A stretch of 64,000 bases of DNA from Bacillales bacterium UBA3207 (GCA_002363735.1 DEWP01000001.1:31359-95358), one strand, 5' to 3'; shown: positions 9,701-19,037, counted from the stretch's first letter. Translations and numbers: made by a program. The notes: generated by a model not told the origin, from the letters alone.

Positions 9701-10925
9701 TTGAAAGAAGTTCACCAATACCATCAATGAGGAATTGCTTGTCTTTGACAACATGAATTCCATCAACATAAATGTTCTTAATGGCACTCCAAACATCACC
9801 AGCTGTGGTTAATGCGGTAACTTTTTCAATAAAGTCATTTGTGTCAAATTCATTCACATATTGAATAATTTCACGGGTTTTTGTAACACCAATTTCACCA
9901 GTGATATCAATAAATGTTTGAACGCCAATGTTTTCCATGACGTTATTTAAATCTGTTCCAGTAAAATCAATTTCTCTTAAAAGAGCTTGGATAACAATAG
10001 TTGGAACATTCACAAAGAAGTTCTTTAATTCGCTACGTGATGAATTTTGAACAAGTGCAAGAATGGAATCTTTTGCTTTTTGCCCACCTATCGTGGCCAA
10101 TAAGTCACGAACACCAGTGTCATTTGTTCCAGAATCATCATGCTTAATTAAAAGTAAAACCGCAGTGACATTATCTAAATTAATTTTAAAACTATCAGGA
10201 AGAATGCTTTCCCCAGCACCATAGAATTGGGAATAAACTTCTCTTGGTGTGGCATCAAAGCGTGAACTTAATGGACTATTACCAAGTAAACAACAGAAAT
10301 CGTTAAAGACGCTTGTTCTTGTTGCTTCATCATTAGTTAAACCATTACGTTCAATGTATTCTTGGACATAATAATGAGCATAACCAACAACAACTGTTTG
10401 ACTGACCATGTAAAGATCATGTTTGTCTTCTTCCTCGTTATATGTGTAATCAAGGATCATTTCACGATATGTGTCTAATGAAACATATGTTGTGGCATCA
10501 TAAACCATTTGTGGCATATCTGGAATGAGCGGTCCAACATAATGTGAGTCACGATCGTCTTCTTCACCACCTTGACCATCAACAGCAGAAGTATCAACGT
10601 CTGTTTGGACTTCACTGAGTTCAATAATCTTTGTATGAACAATGTCTTTTAAGATTTCTTTAACAGCATCAATTAATTCGTCTAGGTTAGATTTGCGGAA
10701 GTTTTTGTATACTTTTGGATCTGCGTTAAATAAAAGTTCGAGAGAATGTTCACCGGTTTTCTTCAGGGTGTACATCTCGTTATCAACATCGTAATCGATT
10801 GTTGAATTATCTTCAGCGGAAACAGGTTTAACGTCGTGTAATTGACCAATAGATAAAGAGCACGCAAAAAGTGCTGGTAGGACAACGAACAGTGTTCGTT
10901 TTAAAAACATACTAAACTTCTTCAT
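6708..10925 (-). CDS. giant surface protein with signal peptide, Ig/MBG-like YDG repeats and a C-terminal TM anchor
   Basis: Start chosen at MKKFSMFLKR (signal peptide ...ALFACSLSIG). It has about 800 aa of unrecognised helical region. Repeats follow, containing [FY]xYDGxxH/K ... TNxGxY (e.g. VIYDGLEHDYY, FTYDGTEKSVHIY, FEYDGQAHTVQI). The C-terminus is a hydrophobic helix plus KRKRRLVKE, with no LPXTG. Confidence 0.85.
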   Translation of the reverse strand: MKKFSMFLKRTLFVVLPALFACSLSIGQLHDVKPVSAEDNSTIDYDVDNEMYTLKKTGEHSLELLFNADPKVYKNFRKSNLDELIDAVKEILKDIVHTKIIELSEVQTDVDTSAVDGQGGEEDDRDSHYVGPLIPDMPQMVYDATTYVSLDTYREMILDYTYNEEEDKHDLYMVSQTVVVGYAHYYVQEYIERNGLTNDEATRTSVFNDFCCLLGNSPLSSRFDATPREVYSQFYGAGESILPDSFKINLDNVTAVLLLIKHDDSGTNDTGVRDLLATIGGQKAKDSILALVQNSSRSELKNFFVNVPTIVIQALLREIDFTGTDLNNVMENIGVQTFIDITGEIGVTKTREIIQYVNEFDTNDFIEKVTALTTAGDVWSAIKNIYVDGIHVVKDKQFLIDGIGELLSTIMSPDKLRHLEDSKWRHEFKVVLDTAVEEVKLDATIGFKGDCKYLRKLAAIIDDHVKAEVVDGKYIIKVDFPDFLANMYRYVIEADILNDDLKHELFDLAFSSVEEAYQHVHSKTIEDLKLNAEQIDYHQLAESILSADEIKEFFGISKFVTQERVDKFVDLLFKAINKGATLDIQKVYDLVDEFYQIPDDLKDSINKIYDKAQSLLEKIARRDYNSQDLHDLLSEYTSEEFNNRVNDKIDSYLENAKVQKYYSRFQRLLEKVYNHVPERFRHRTLMEFYRGESVWSGEGTIDFNIQKLVRRIPKIGQKIADFLSAFFDKLPDTLSLDLTFKAADLYRVSYHVGDEVKTGALPTDVDGQFFANRKTVYDGNKVHDIVGWYETFNETNQYFYLMPSHDVDAYPIYFESSADVKKEYDGLETTIEVTPNVELNHEYSFVWYKNGQILYDETSSSISVKNHSDSGTYYCVVDGVKQEEIVVKIDRVVVEAPTQTEEVIYDGLEHDYYTTFGATSEDELLFHGTGDVKEAEPGDYVVNLELNDPDNYEWSASSSTTYSWSIQKKVIILHDEQIIWDYQGPFTYDGTEKSVHIYEDQLPAGVHAVYENNVKTNAGTYKAVVHIVLDDPEHYVLQGIPYKDKSWTIEKAQIVIPPEVGLIQNSFEYDGQAHTVQIDPTYLPEEITGVLYSGTQSETNIGEYSVHVTYNFDRTNYTIDNTYQKYFTWEINPHLIDVTNVTWDYTNPFTKDGLKHSVKLVGVPTGVKVEYTGTVSATEAGTYIAYARMYTNVGSKLVYNGERRDSVELTLTWQIAEGTPIPTRNEFYSVEQNEAGTSLAWISLSTGIQGDYTLRAEEVDYSQYDFNSIVKTGHVEVVTVYDINFYDENHNIAHINVDASGKVIDPNFVFTLRILVPDSYKDHELVLTYVNDNGEVTRLDGERQGNYMVYKTNHLSIYGLVETHVAGSDFNPYIIVGLAVALNLQVTAGWLMITLSKRKRRLVKE

Positions 10926-10967
10926 ATCTATAATTATATACAAAGATATAATTTATGAAATAAAAAA

Positions 10968-13900
10968 TTAGTGTTTTCTTATTTTTCTAAAAATAAAGAA
11001 CATTCCAACACCTAGTCCAAGAGTTAAACTTCCGACCGCGACAAAACCAGCAATTTGGACTAAATTTGAGGTCTTTCTTTCACTCTTTTGTTCACGTTCA
11101 ACTTTGACAAATTGAGCGTATAAAACTGTGTCTTCATTTACGGCGATACTATCGGCACTAATTCCCCATCCAGTAAAGAGATATTCAAAGGTCTCGTCAC
11201 CCACTTTTTTAATGTAGGTTGGAAGAGTGATTGTGTCACCATAATTGACTTTATATGATGCATATAATGCATCATCAACATATAATTTTAATGAATATTG
11301 AACACGTGAACAGACGAAGTTAATCACAACATCATCAGCAGGTAAAATGAAATCATTATTCTGATCAATTTGGACACTAAGACCACCTTTTGTTCGAATG
11401 GAAAAGATCTCTAATTTATAACCTTTCTTAACATCGTAATTAAGGTGAATTTTTTCTCCAACTCGTCCTTCTTGTTTTGATAAGGAAAAATTAACAGCAT
11501 TTGATGCGCTAACGGAGACTACATAAGTTGGAATAATTTCATACGTTAAATTGATTTGACTACGGAATTTAACTAATCCATATTCTAAAGAAGCATTCAC
11601 TTCTTCATCATTTAGATAAACTTGTGAATGAAGGTGATCAACATTCTTTTTTAAAAAGATTTCTGGATAGAAGTCCGGGATTAAAACATCTTGATGTTGT
11701 TCATTTTGAATGAGTAAACGAATCGAATAAGATTTGTTTCCTAAATCAACAAATTCAAGCTTGATATTCACACCGCTACGCATTGCGAGATAGCGAACTT
11801 GGTTTGTTGAAAAATTTACTTCACCATCTTTGAAGATGATTTTCATTGGACGAGGAGAGTATTCTCCATCGTTAATCTTTGAAAATAAATAAGATAAATT
11901 GATTTCATTTAAGTTTTTTAAAGAAGCATCAATTTTTAATGTTTCATTAACGTAATTAAAGTAAATATCGTTTCCAATATAAGGAGTTTTCGTAAATGTG
12001 GCAACATAAGTGGAACCATTTTTGTTCCATCCAGTAATATCATAATGATAAAAATCAGTGTGATATGATGTTGGTTTATCAATTTCTTCTCCAGGAAGAT
12101 AATTTCCGGTGAGATTCATTGAACGATCATCGATTTTTAAAATCACTTCTGGATAAGCGTGATTGACATAAGTCGCGGTAATTGTTTTATTAGCATTTGC
12201 TACTCCAAAAGCTTGGTCAAATGTAAATACTTTATAAAATTGTTCTTCACGAATCGTTTCTGGAATCACTCCTTTATAGGAGATTTGTGAACCTTCAAGA
12301 TATTTTTCCGTTGATATTTCGCCTAAAATGTTCCAGGTGATTGTGTAATATTTTTCATAAACGGCGTGATAAAGAGCGTTTCCACTAATTGGACTTAATC
12401 CTGGGTTAGATGAACCGTCTAAAATCCAATCTGTTAAAACGTAATAGGTACCTTGACCATCTTCATATGTTTTTGGTGCATTTGGTAAATAATTTTCTTT
12501 TTCTCTCGTTGAAACAATGTTTCCATCAATTTCGTATTGAATATCAAAAATGTTAAATTCATTAAACAATGCTGTATAAATAGCTGGAGCGTTTGCTTCG
12601 CTAATTTCTGGATCCCAGCGATCAAACACATAATAATGGTCAAGATTTGATTCTTTCGTTGGGTTTTTCGGTGCGCTAGGAATGCTACCCGAAGAAACTG
12701 TTCTCACTTCATTTCCATCTGGATAAACCCAGGTGATGTCATATCGCTGACGTTCTCCATGATCAAAAACAGGGAATAGTTCGATTGAATTAGTAATTGT
12801 TCTTAAATCAATTGAAGGTGGGTTTTCACCAGTTTCATTGCTCCAATAATCAAATAAATATTCCGAAAAATATTCATCAGCAGGTTTCGAAGGAACTTCA
12901 AAGTTATATGTCACTCCACCATCACTAAAGAAAACAAAGTGAGTGTGCTGACCTAAATAATCATTAAAGATGGCGACTTTGTCTTGATTTAACTTAACAT
13001 TACGACTTCCCTCAATAGAAATTGAAACTGAATCACTTAGTTGATCTTTTTGATGAACTTTATCTTTTAGATAATCATCTAAGAGATTTGCATTTAATTC
13101 ATTACTTAAAATTGCTGGGTACTCAGGAGAAGTTGCACTTGGATCATATGGAATTGGTTCAAGAACTTCTTCCGGAGCAAGAGGCTCTTCCACCACAGTT
13201 GGAGCGATTGGTTTTTGGACCATTGCTGGTTCAACAGGAACCGGTAAAGTTGGTGGTTCTGGAATTAAAATGACTTGTTGGGTTGGTAAAATACCTGTTG
13301 AAGGAGTGGCTGTTTTAGAAGTATCAATAAATTCATAACCTTTTAGCCAAGTAAGATAAGTTTGACCGTCGATTAAGAAGTTTTCATCTAAAATCGCTGC
13401 ACCAGCTTTGGACATGTCACCTTTTCCAGTGATTGGATTATAAGCTTCGTAGTTATAGATTGTCGTATCACTAACGGCGTTACAGAAATAAATCAGTTGG
13501 AAAAGAAGAGTGTAAAACTGTGGGAGTTTTCCACGATCTCTAGCGACATTAATGACTGATTGGAATCTGCCAAGTTTTTCTAAAGAACGTAATAACGTAA
13601 TGGCGTTTGATTTGATGTAGTTATAGTTAATGTAGTAATACGAATATCTTGCTTCGTTTGTTGTTAAAGCATTATATTCGCGGAAACAAGTTCTGAGTTT
13701 CACCGTTGATTGATCAGCGTTATCAACTAAATCAGTTGGAACACCTAAAACAGAAAGTTCGTCTTTTCTTGCTAAAACTGTCGCGACTGTATTTGAAAGA
13801 ATATAAGTTGCTAAGGAAGAGTCTCGAGCAATGTCTTGTTCATAAGCGATTTGCATCGCACTCAATTGATAACGGGAATTATCGTATTTAATTCCATATT

Positions 13901-14747
13901 CTTCATATTCTTTTTGGTTTTGTTCGTGATTCGCTAAGTAATAAGCCCAATCTTCCTGGTTTTTCTTATAAGCAATCACATCTTGGTCATATTGTTTTTT
14001 AGCCACTAAATAAGCGTTATAAGCTTCTAAATCTTCGTCGTATTTGGCTTTATTTGCTAAATAAGTTTCGTAATTTTCTTTCTTGTTGAGGTAGGATTGA
14101 TAATCTTCAAGATATTGGTTGTAGTTTGATAATTGAGTGTCGTACTCAAGTTCACTTTTTGGACGACGGTCATAATAAGCTAAATCTTCTTGATATTGAT
14201 CATAAACCTCTTTGAATGAAAGAGCGTGTTCATAACTTTCATTAATAAATGAGTTATAAACCTGTGGAAGGATGTCTAAAGATAGTTCATAGATAATATC
14301 GACATTTTGAGAGTTATTCTCATGATTAAATTCGCTTACATAAGTTCCATCATAACTAACAAATGGATGATTCGATTCACCGCGAACATATAACGGAGTC
14401 CAGGTCCATTCTCTTTTAGCTTGATCAACATAATTTATTTCATGAGCAAAAACATAATCTTTTTCACCGATACGAGATGTTTTTACTTCATCATTTAAAA
14501 ACGCTTTTGAATAAGTTAATGAATTTGTTGATCGTTCATTTAAATATTCAATTTCGCTTTCCGTTAATGTTGTCCCGCTTTTTTCTAAGAAGTCACCAGC
14601 CTTTAATGTTTCAATGTTTGTCCCGTCTGAATAATCAAAAAGACCTTCTGCTTTTACGTTAGAAATAGCAGAAGTTGATAAAACAAGCGGGAGCGCACAA
14701 GTTAGTACGCCTAATGAATAAACAAGACGTAGGGTTGACTTATTCAT
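10968..14747 (-). CDS. giant surface protein with Tyr-periodic coiled region, Pro-rich linker, Listeria-Bacteroides-repeat-like modules and a C-terminal TM anchor
   Basis: 1259 aa with a signal peptide (..LVLSTSAISNVKAEG). Contains YNQYLEDYQSYLNKKENYETYLANKAKYDEDLEAYNAYL, PEPPTLPVPVEPAMVQKPIAPTVVEEP, and modules ending YxFxGW/RW (YLFTGWGIS, YVFDRWDPE). The C-terminus is a hydrophobic helix plus FRKIRKH, with no LPXTG. Confidence 0.85.
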   Translation of the reverse strand: MNKSTLRLVYSLGVLTCALPLVLSTSAISNVKAEGLFDYSDGTNIETLKAGDFLEKSGTTLTESEIEYLNERSTNSLTYSKAFLNDEVKTSRIGEKDYVFAHEINYVDQAKREWTWTPLYVRGESNHPFVSYDGTYVSEFNHENNSQNVDIIYELSLDILPQVYNSFINESYEHALSFKEVYDQYQEDLAYYDRRPKSELEYDTQLSNYNQYLEDYQSYLNKKENYETYLANKAKYDEDLEAYNAYLVAKKQYDQDVIAYKKNQEDWAYYLANHEQNQKEYEEYGIKYDNSRYQLSAMQIAYEQDIARDSSLATYILSNTVATVLARKDELSVLGVPTDLVDNADQSTVKLRTCFREYNALTTNEARYSYYYINYNYIKSNAITLLRSLEKLGRFQSVINVARDRGKLPQFYTLLFQLIYFCNAVSDTTIYNYEAYNPITGKGDMSKAGAAILDENFLIDGQTYLTWLKGYEFIDTSKTATPSTGILPTQQVILIPEPPTLPVPVEPAMVQKPIAPTVVEEPLAPEEVLEPIPYDPSATSPEYPAILSNELNANLLDDYLKDKVHQKDQLSDSVSISIEGSRNVKLNQDKVAIFNDYLGQHTHFVFFSDGGVTYNFEVPSKPADEYFSEYLFDYWSNETGENPPSIDLRTITNSIELFPVFDHGERQRYDITWVYPDGNEVRTVSSGSIPSAPKNPTKESNLDHYYVFDRWDPEISEANAPAIYTALFNEFNIFDIQYEIDGNIVSTREKENYLPNAPKTYEDGQGTYYVLTDWILDGSSNPGLSPISGNALYHAVYEKYYTITWNILGEISTEKYLEGSQISYKGVIPETIREEQFYKVFTFDQAFGVANANKTITATYVNHAYPEVILKIDDRSMNLTGNYLPGEEIDKPTSYHTDFYHYDITGWNKNGSTYVATFTKTPYIGNDIYFNYVNETLKIDASLKNLNEINLSYLFSKINDGEYSPRPMKIIFKDGEVNFSTNQVRYLAMRSGVNIKLEFVDLGNKSYSIRLLIQNEQHQDVLIPDFYPEIFLKKNVDHLHSQVYLNDEEVNASLEYGLVKFRSQINLTYEIIPTYVVSVSASNAVNFSLSKQEGRVGEKIHLNYDVKKGYKLEIFSIRTKGGLSVQIDQNNDFILPADDVVINFVCSRVQYSLKLYVDDALYASYKVNYGDTITLPTYIKKVGDETFEYLFTGWGISADSIAVNEDTVLYAQFVKVEREQKSERKTSNLVQIAGFVAVGSLTLGLGVGMFFIFRKIRKH

Positions 14748-14793
14748 AGCATTACTATTATGTTGGATTCGTCATTAAATTACAATTTAAACA

Positions 14794-14820
14794 AAAAAGG
14801 TGAACAAAGTCACCTTTTTT
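14794..14820. terminator. rho-independent terminator (A-run/hairpin/T-run, usable on both strands)
   Basis: aaaaaaGGTGAacaaagTCACCtttttt lies directly after the stop of the 14838-16112 gene. Confidence 0.6.
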
Positions 14821-14837
14821 AGATTGTTAATGAAGAA

Positions 14838-16112
14838 TTATTTTAATTCTTTAGCCCAGTTATGAGCTTCAACTTCGCCTTGGACTAAACCATCTTTAGC
14901 AGCGGCGTCAGCAATTAATTGTTTTGCACGACGAACTGAGAGATCTGATTTAACCTTGAAGACGAGTGGAATGTCTTTATAAAGACCCTTGTTTGAAGCA
15001 TCAGAAATTGGGAGAGTGCTATCCTTATAATCTTTTGGATCAAGGGCTAAGTAAAGCTTTAATGCTTTACCAGCAACAACCATCTTCACATATGTTTTGG
15101 TATGGAGACGGAATGTATCACCGGAATTTGAAACACGGGATTTGATTCCATAAGAGAGCACTTCGCTCTTTAATTCGTTATAGTGTTCTTTTAGAACCTT
15201 ATCAGCTTTTGATAAACGTTCAGAGAAAGAAATTCTTTCAAATGGTTCAGCAGCTGGTGCTGGAGCAACAACTGGTGCTGGTTTTGGTTCTACTTTAGCT
15301 TCAACCTTTGGTTCTGGTTTTGGTTCTGGTTTTGGTTGTTCGACAACACGTTCAACAACGACAACCTTCTTTTCGACTGGTTGTTCGCCGCGACGTTTTC
15401 TAAACATTGGTAATTCGTTGATGAGGTTTTCATAATATTCATCATTACTATCCTCACGGTGACGTTTTAAATTGAGTTTGTCATCATAAACTGACATTTC
15501 GGCATCCTCCTTAAGAATTTCGTTACGTTTTGCGTCATAGACTTCTTGCGCTTCTTCGCGAGCCATTTGACGAATTTCTTCTTCTTCGGCGCTTCTTTCT
15601 TTAGCGCGAGCTTCAAGTGCTTGAAGAATGTCGCTATAAGCGCAGAGTGTGACAAATATCACACCAAAGAAGAACATTGCAATTGATGCAGCAACAAATG
15701 CTTTACCAATTAATGCACCATCAATGGCAAAGACTTGCTTAACCACACTTGCTGATCCTTCAACGTTAATCAATAATGCGCAAAGTGAAAATGCATTAGC
15801 AACAACTAAAAGTAAGCTAACGCCAAACCAGATAAATGATTTCCAGCTTTTGCGAATAATGATGACGATGAGCCACCAAATGTAGCAGAAAATAAACAAG
15901 GCAAAAACAATAAAGAAAATTAGATAATTGCCATTGTCAAAAGCGAATGAAAATAAAGTTTTGGCTCCGCCAAGTAGTGCAGTAGCACCGGAATAAATCT
16001 CGGCAACTTCAGCAGCAATCATTGGAGCTAGAAAGAAGAATAACAATGCGAAAACTAAAAAAGCAGCAGAAATCGCAAATGTAATGATCTTCATTTTTGA
16101 TTTAACTTCCAT
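14838..16112 (-). CDS. multi-pass membrane protein with charged/Pro-Lys linker and conserved-looking C-terminal domain
   Basis: Start set at ATG 16112 (MEVKSKMKII), 6 nt after GGGAGG. It has about 4 hydrophobic helices, an EEEEIRQMAREEAQE region, PKPEPKPEPKVEAKVEPKP, then a globular tail (..FRLHTKTYVKMVVAGKALKLYLALDP..). Confidence 0.75.
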   Translation of the reverse strand: MEVKSKMKIITFAISAAFLVFALLFFFLAPMIAAEVAEIYSGATALLGGAKTLFSFAFDNGNYLIFFIVFALFIFCYIWWLIVIIIRKSWKSFIWFGVSLLLVVANAFSLCALLINVEGSASVVKQVFAIDGALIGKAFVAASIAMFFFGVIFVTLCAYSDILQALEARAKERSAEEEEIRQMAREEAQEVYDAKRNEILKEDAEMSVYDDKLNLKRHREDSNDEYYENLINELPMFRKRRGEQPVEKKVVVVERVVEQPKPEPKPEPKVEAKVEPKPAPVVAPAPAAEPFERISFSERLSKADKVLKEHYNELKSEVLSYGIKSRVSNSGDTFRLHTKTYVKMVVAGKALKLYLALDPKDYKDSTLPISDASNKGLYKDIPLVFKVKSDLSVRRAKQLIADAAAKDGLVQGEVEAHNWAKELK

Positions 16113-16206
16113 AATTTTCCTCCCGTTGATGATATTGTAAAACAATAAAAAAACAAATTAAAGAATAAATTTAAAAAATATTAAGGTTTTGCTTGGGTTT
16201 TTTGAT

Positions 16207-17076
16207 TTAGCGTTGTTTTTTAAAGGCTCCAAAAACCTTGATATGTGCTGGTAAAACATCTAAAACAAGATTTCCTTTCATTCCTTCTTCACCATCTAAA
16301 CACCATGAACCTGTTTCAGATGTTGAAATTTCAGCATGTTTTGTATTTAAAATTGTGATGCGTTTTCGATGAAAGATATAGTTTGTTAAACCATTAAAAA
16401 TGGTTTTTGGAGTAATATAGATGTTCATTTTGCCATCAAAAAGTGAGTTATTTGGATTGACTCTAAATCCACCTACATTAACACCATTTAAGCACATGAT
16501 AAAAGGGGTTTCGAAATCGAATTCACCTTCGTCACACTTGATATGAACTTTGATTTTCTTTGGAGTAAATACTTCTTTAACAGCAACGTTATAATAGGCA
16601 AAACGACCAAGAAATTTCTTTTGTTTTCTTGGAACAATGTAAGAAATATCGGTGAATTGCCCAATTGCTGCGACAAAAGTCCAATATTCATTATTTGCTT
16701 TGCAAATATCTATATCAAAAACCTCTTGTTTTTCTAAAACTTTGATTGCTTGACGAATGCTTCCTTTAACTCCAAATGATTTACCAGAATCATTCACAGT
16801 TCCCATTGGAATATAACCGATAATTGGTCGATCTTTTTTGTCTAATGGAGCAATGGCGTTAACGGCATCTTTTAAAGTCCCGTCTCCACCACAAACGATG
16901 ACACAGTCATATCCGTTTTTCTTAGCGTCTTTGCAAGAAGTAAGTAAATCTTCCACTGATGTTGTTTGATGAGACACAAGATCAAAAGTTTTAGAAAGAC
17001 GTTCGATAATCTTCTTATGTTTTTTGAATTTACTTTGTAATCCTGTTTTATTGGAGAATAAGTAAAGAGCCTTCAT
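16207..17076 (-). CDS. diacylglycerol/lipid kinase family protein (YegS/DagK-like)
   Basis: 289 aa with VIVCGGDGTLKDAVNAI and PMGTVNDSGKSFG motifs. Confidence 0.85.
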   Translation of the reverse strand: MKALYLFSNKTGLQSKFKKHKKIIERLSKTFDLVSHQTTSVEDLLTSCKDAKKNGYDCVIVCGGDGTLKDAVNAIAPLDKKDRPIIGYIPMGTVNDSGKSFGVKGSIRQAIKVLEKQEVFDIDICKANNEYWTFVAAIGQFTDISYIVPRKQKKFLGRFAYYNVAVKEVFTPKKIKVHIKCDEGEFDFETPFIMCLNGVNVGGFRVNPNNSLFDGKMNIYITPKTIFNGLTNYIFHRKRITILNTKHAEISTSETGSWCLDGEEGMKGNLVLDVLPAHIKVFGAFKKQR

Positions 17077-17113
17077 ATATATTTATTTTATTCTTATTTA
17101 ATAAAGAAATAAC

Positions 17114-17136
17114 AAAAAAATCCCTTTACAGGATTT
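17114..17136 (-). terminator. weak hairpin plus U-run after tRNA-Glu
   Basis: The minus strand reads AAATCCtgtaaagGGATTTtttt. The stem is short and AT-rich. Confidence 0.4.
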
Positions 17137-17139
17137 CTT

Positions 17140-17214
17140 TGGTGACCCTAGAGAGAATCGAACTCTCGATTCAACCTTGAGAGGGTTGCGTCTTAGCCGC
17201 TTGACCATAGGGCC
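17140..17214 (-). tRNA. tRNA-Glu (anticodon CUC)
   Basis: GGCCCTATGGTCAAGCGGCTAAGACGCAACCCTCTCAAGGTTGAATCGAGAGTTCGATTCTCTCTAGGGTCACCA. Cloverleaf folded by hand: anticodon stem CAACC/GGTTG, loop CT-CTC-AA, CCA encoded. Confidence 0.9.
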
Positions 17215-17221
17215 AGTGTGA

Positions 17222-18886
17222 TTATTTTATACTAGTCACAGCTAAATTGATACGACGATTTACTTCTTCTTTTCCTAAGATTTGTAAGACGCAATATAGA
17301 TTTGGAGAATTCTTTGCTCCACATAATGCAACACGGATCATTTCAGCAACATCACCAACATGTCCTTTATATTGATCTGGGTTTTGTTTAAAGATTTTAT
17401 TTGATTCAGCAAAACCATGACGAACACCAAGTTCTTTCACGGTTGAGAACCAGACATCGTTTGGTAGTGAATAATCATTTGTATTAGCAAAATCAAGAAG
17501 CACTTCTTTAATTACTGAAGAATTAATTGCTTCATTAAATGGATATCCATCCTTAACGATTTCTTCATATCGTTCTTGGTAGAAGAAACCAATGATTGGA
17601 TAGACTTGAGCATAGTTAGAAAAGTCTTTTCTTGCCTTCTCTCCACCACGTTCAATATTAAGTGCTTTAACCGAGATTTGCTGGTATTTTTCTAAAAATT
17701 GATGGAGTTTTTCATCATATTGACTTGACCACTTTAATAAACGGTTATAAAGTTCTTCAGCACTAAATGAAGCGATAACTTCTTTAGAGAAAAAGTCTAA
17801 TTTATCTTGATCAAATAAGACACCGTCAAGACTCATCTTGGAGAAGGAGAATTTAAAATCATCAATGTTGTATGATTTGCTTTCACTCGTCCATTCTTCA
17901 AAGTTTGAATTAGCGATACTCATTAAATAAGTTTTTAAAGATTCTGCTGGATAACCACCTTCAATAAAGTGAGAGACACTAGCTTCTGGATCTTTACGTT
18001 TTGAAAGTTTACGTTTATTTCCATTATCAAGCTTCATGATCACAGGAAGATGAGCATATCGTGGCAATTTAAAACCAAGAGCGGCAAATAATTCTAAGTG
18101 AATTGGTGCGGATGAAATCCATTCTTCACCACGAATAACAGTTGTTGTTCTCATGAAATGATCATCAACAGCGTGGGCAAAGTGATATGTTGGAAGTCCA
18201 TCAGATTTCATAATGACAATATCAAGATCGTTTTCAGCGATTGAAATATCACCACGAATTTCATCATGGAATGTTACTTTGTTGTTATGATTTCCTAAAG
18301 AACGAAAACGAATCACATAAGGTTCTCCGTTTTTGATTCTTGTTAATGCATCGTTTGGATCAATATTACGGCAAATCGCATAATCTCCATAATAACCAGG
18401 GATTTCCTTATTCATTTCTTGGATTTCTCTGGTTTCTTCAAGTTGTTCTGCAGAGCAGAAACATGGATATGCACGACCTTTAAGCATTAATTCTTTAATG
18501 CAAACACGGTAGATATGTTCTCTTTCACTTTGACGATATGGTCCGTATGAACCAACATCTTTATCTCCTAAATAACCTTCTTCAGGAGCGACATCAAAGA
18601 AAGATAATTGACGAACAAGTTCTTCACCACTACCTTCAATTTCTCTTTTGGTATCGGTGTCTTCAAGTCTTAAATAGAAAACACCTTTTGTATCTTTTGC
18701 CACTTTATGAGCGACTAAAGATGTAAAAAGAGATCCAAGGTGAAGGAATCCAGTTGGGCTTGGAGCAAAACGAGTTACTTCTGCACCTTCTGGTAAATTT
18801 CTTGGTGGATATTTCTTTTCTAAGTCCGCAATTGTTTCATTAATTTCTGGGAATATGTAGTTTGCTAATTCTTCAAAGTTTGCCAT
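17222..18886 (-). CDS. gltX: glutamate--tRNA ligase (long form, 554 aa)
   Basis: Class I signatures RFAPSPTGFLHLGS (HIGH) and KLSKRK (KMSKS), plus GluRS-type LRLEDTD. RBS-like sequence upstream. Confidence 0.9.
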   Translation of the reverse strand: MANFEELANYIFPEINETIADLEKKYPPRNLPEGAEVTRFAPSPTGFLHLGSLFTSLVAHKVAKDTKGVFYLRLEDTDTKREIEGSGEELVRQLSFFDVAPEEGYLGDKDVGSYGPYRQSEREHIYRVCIKELMLKGRAYPCFCSAEQLEETREIQEMNKEIPGYYGDYAICRNIDPNDALTRIKNGEPYVIRFRSLGNHNNKVTFHDEIRGDISIAENDLDIVIMKSDGLPTYHFAHAVDDHFMRTTTVIRGEEWISSAPIHLELFAALGFKLPRYAHLPVIMKLDNGNKRKLSKRKDPEASVSHFIEGGYPAESLKTYLMSIANSNFEEWTSESKSYNIDDFKFSFSKMSLDGVLFDQDKLDFFSKEVIASFSAEELYNRLLKWSSQYDEKLHQFLEKYQQISVKALNIERGGEKARKDFSNYAQVYPIIGFFYQERYEEIVKDGYPFNEAINSSVIKEVLLDFANTNDYSLPNDVWFSTVKELGVRHGFAESNKIFKQNPDQYKGHVGDVAEMIRVALCGAKNSPNLYCVLQILGKEEVNRRINLAVTSIK

Positions 18887-18910
18887 AATTTTTGTTTCTC
18901 AATATTTATC

Positions 18911-18939
18911 TTGAAGTATTATACATCATTCTTTATAAT
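18911..18939 (+). promoter_or_regulatory. sigma-70-type promoter for tRNA-Gly(GCC)
   Basis: TTGAAG (18911-18916), 17 nt spacer, TATAAT (18934-18939), 15 nt before the tRNA 5' end. Confidence 0.45.
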
Positions 18940-18954
18940 AATAAACGCTGAATT

Positions 18955-19028
18955 GCAGATGTAGTTCAGTGGTAGAACACTACCTTGCCAAGGTAGTTAT
19001 GCGGGTTCGATTCCCGTCATCTGCTCCA
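18955..19028 (+). tRNA. tRNA-Gly (anticodon GCC)
   Basis: GCAGATGTAGTTCAGTGGTAGAACACTACCTTGCCAAGGTAGTTATGCGGGTTCGATTCCCGTCATCTGCTCCA. Loop TT-GCC-AA, CCA encoded. Confidence 0.9.
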
Positions 19029-19037
19029 AAATGAAAC

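Noticed and set aside
18887-18954. Possible T-box leader upstream of gltX.
   Set aside because: Only 68 nt separate the gltX start from the divergent tRNA-Gly gene. This is far too short for a T-box (about 200 nt or more), and no T-box consensus sequence is visible.
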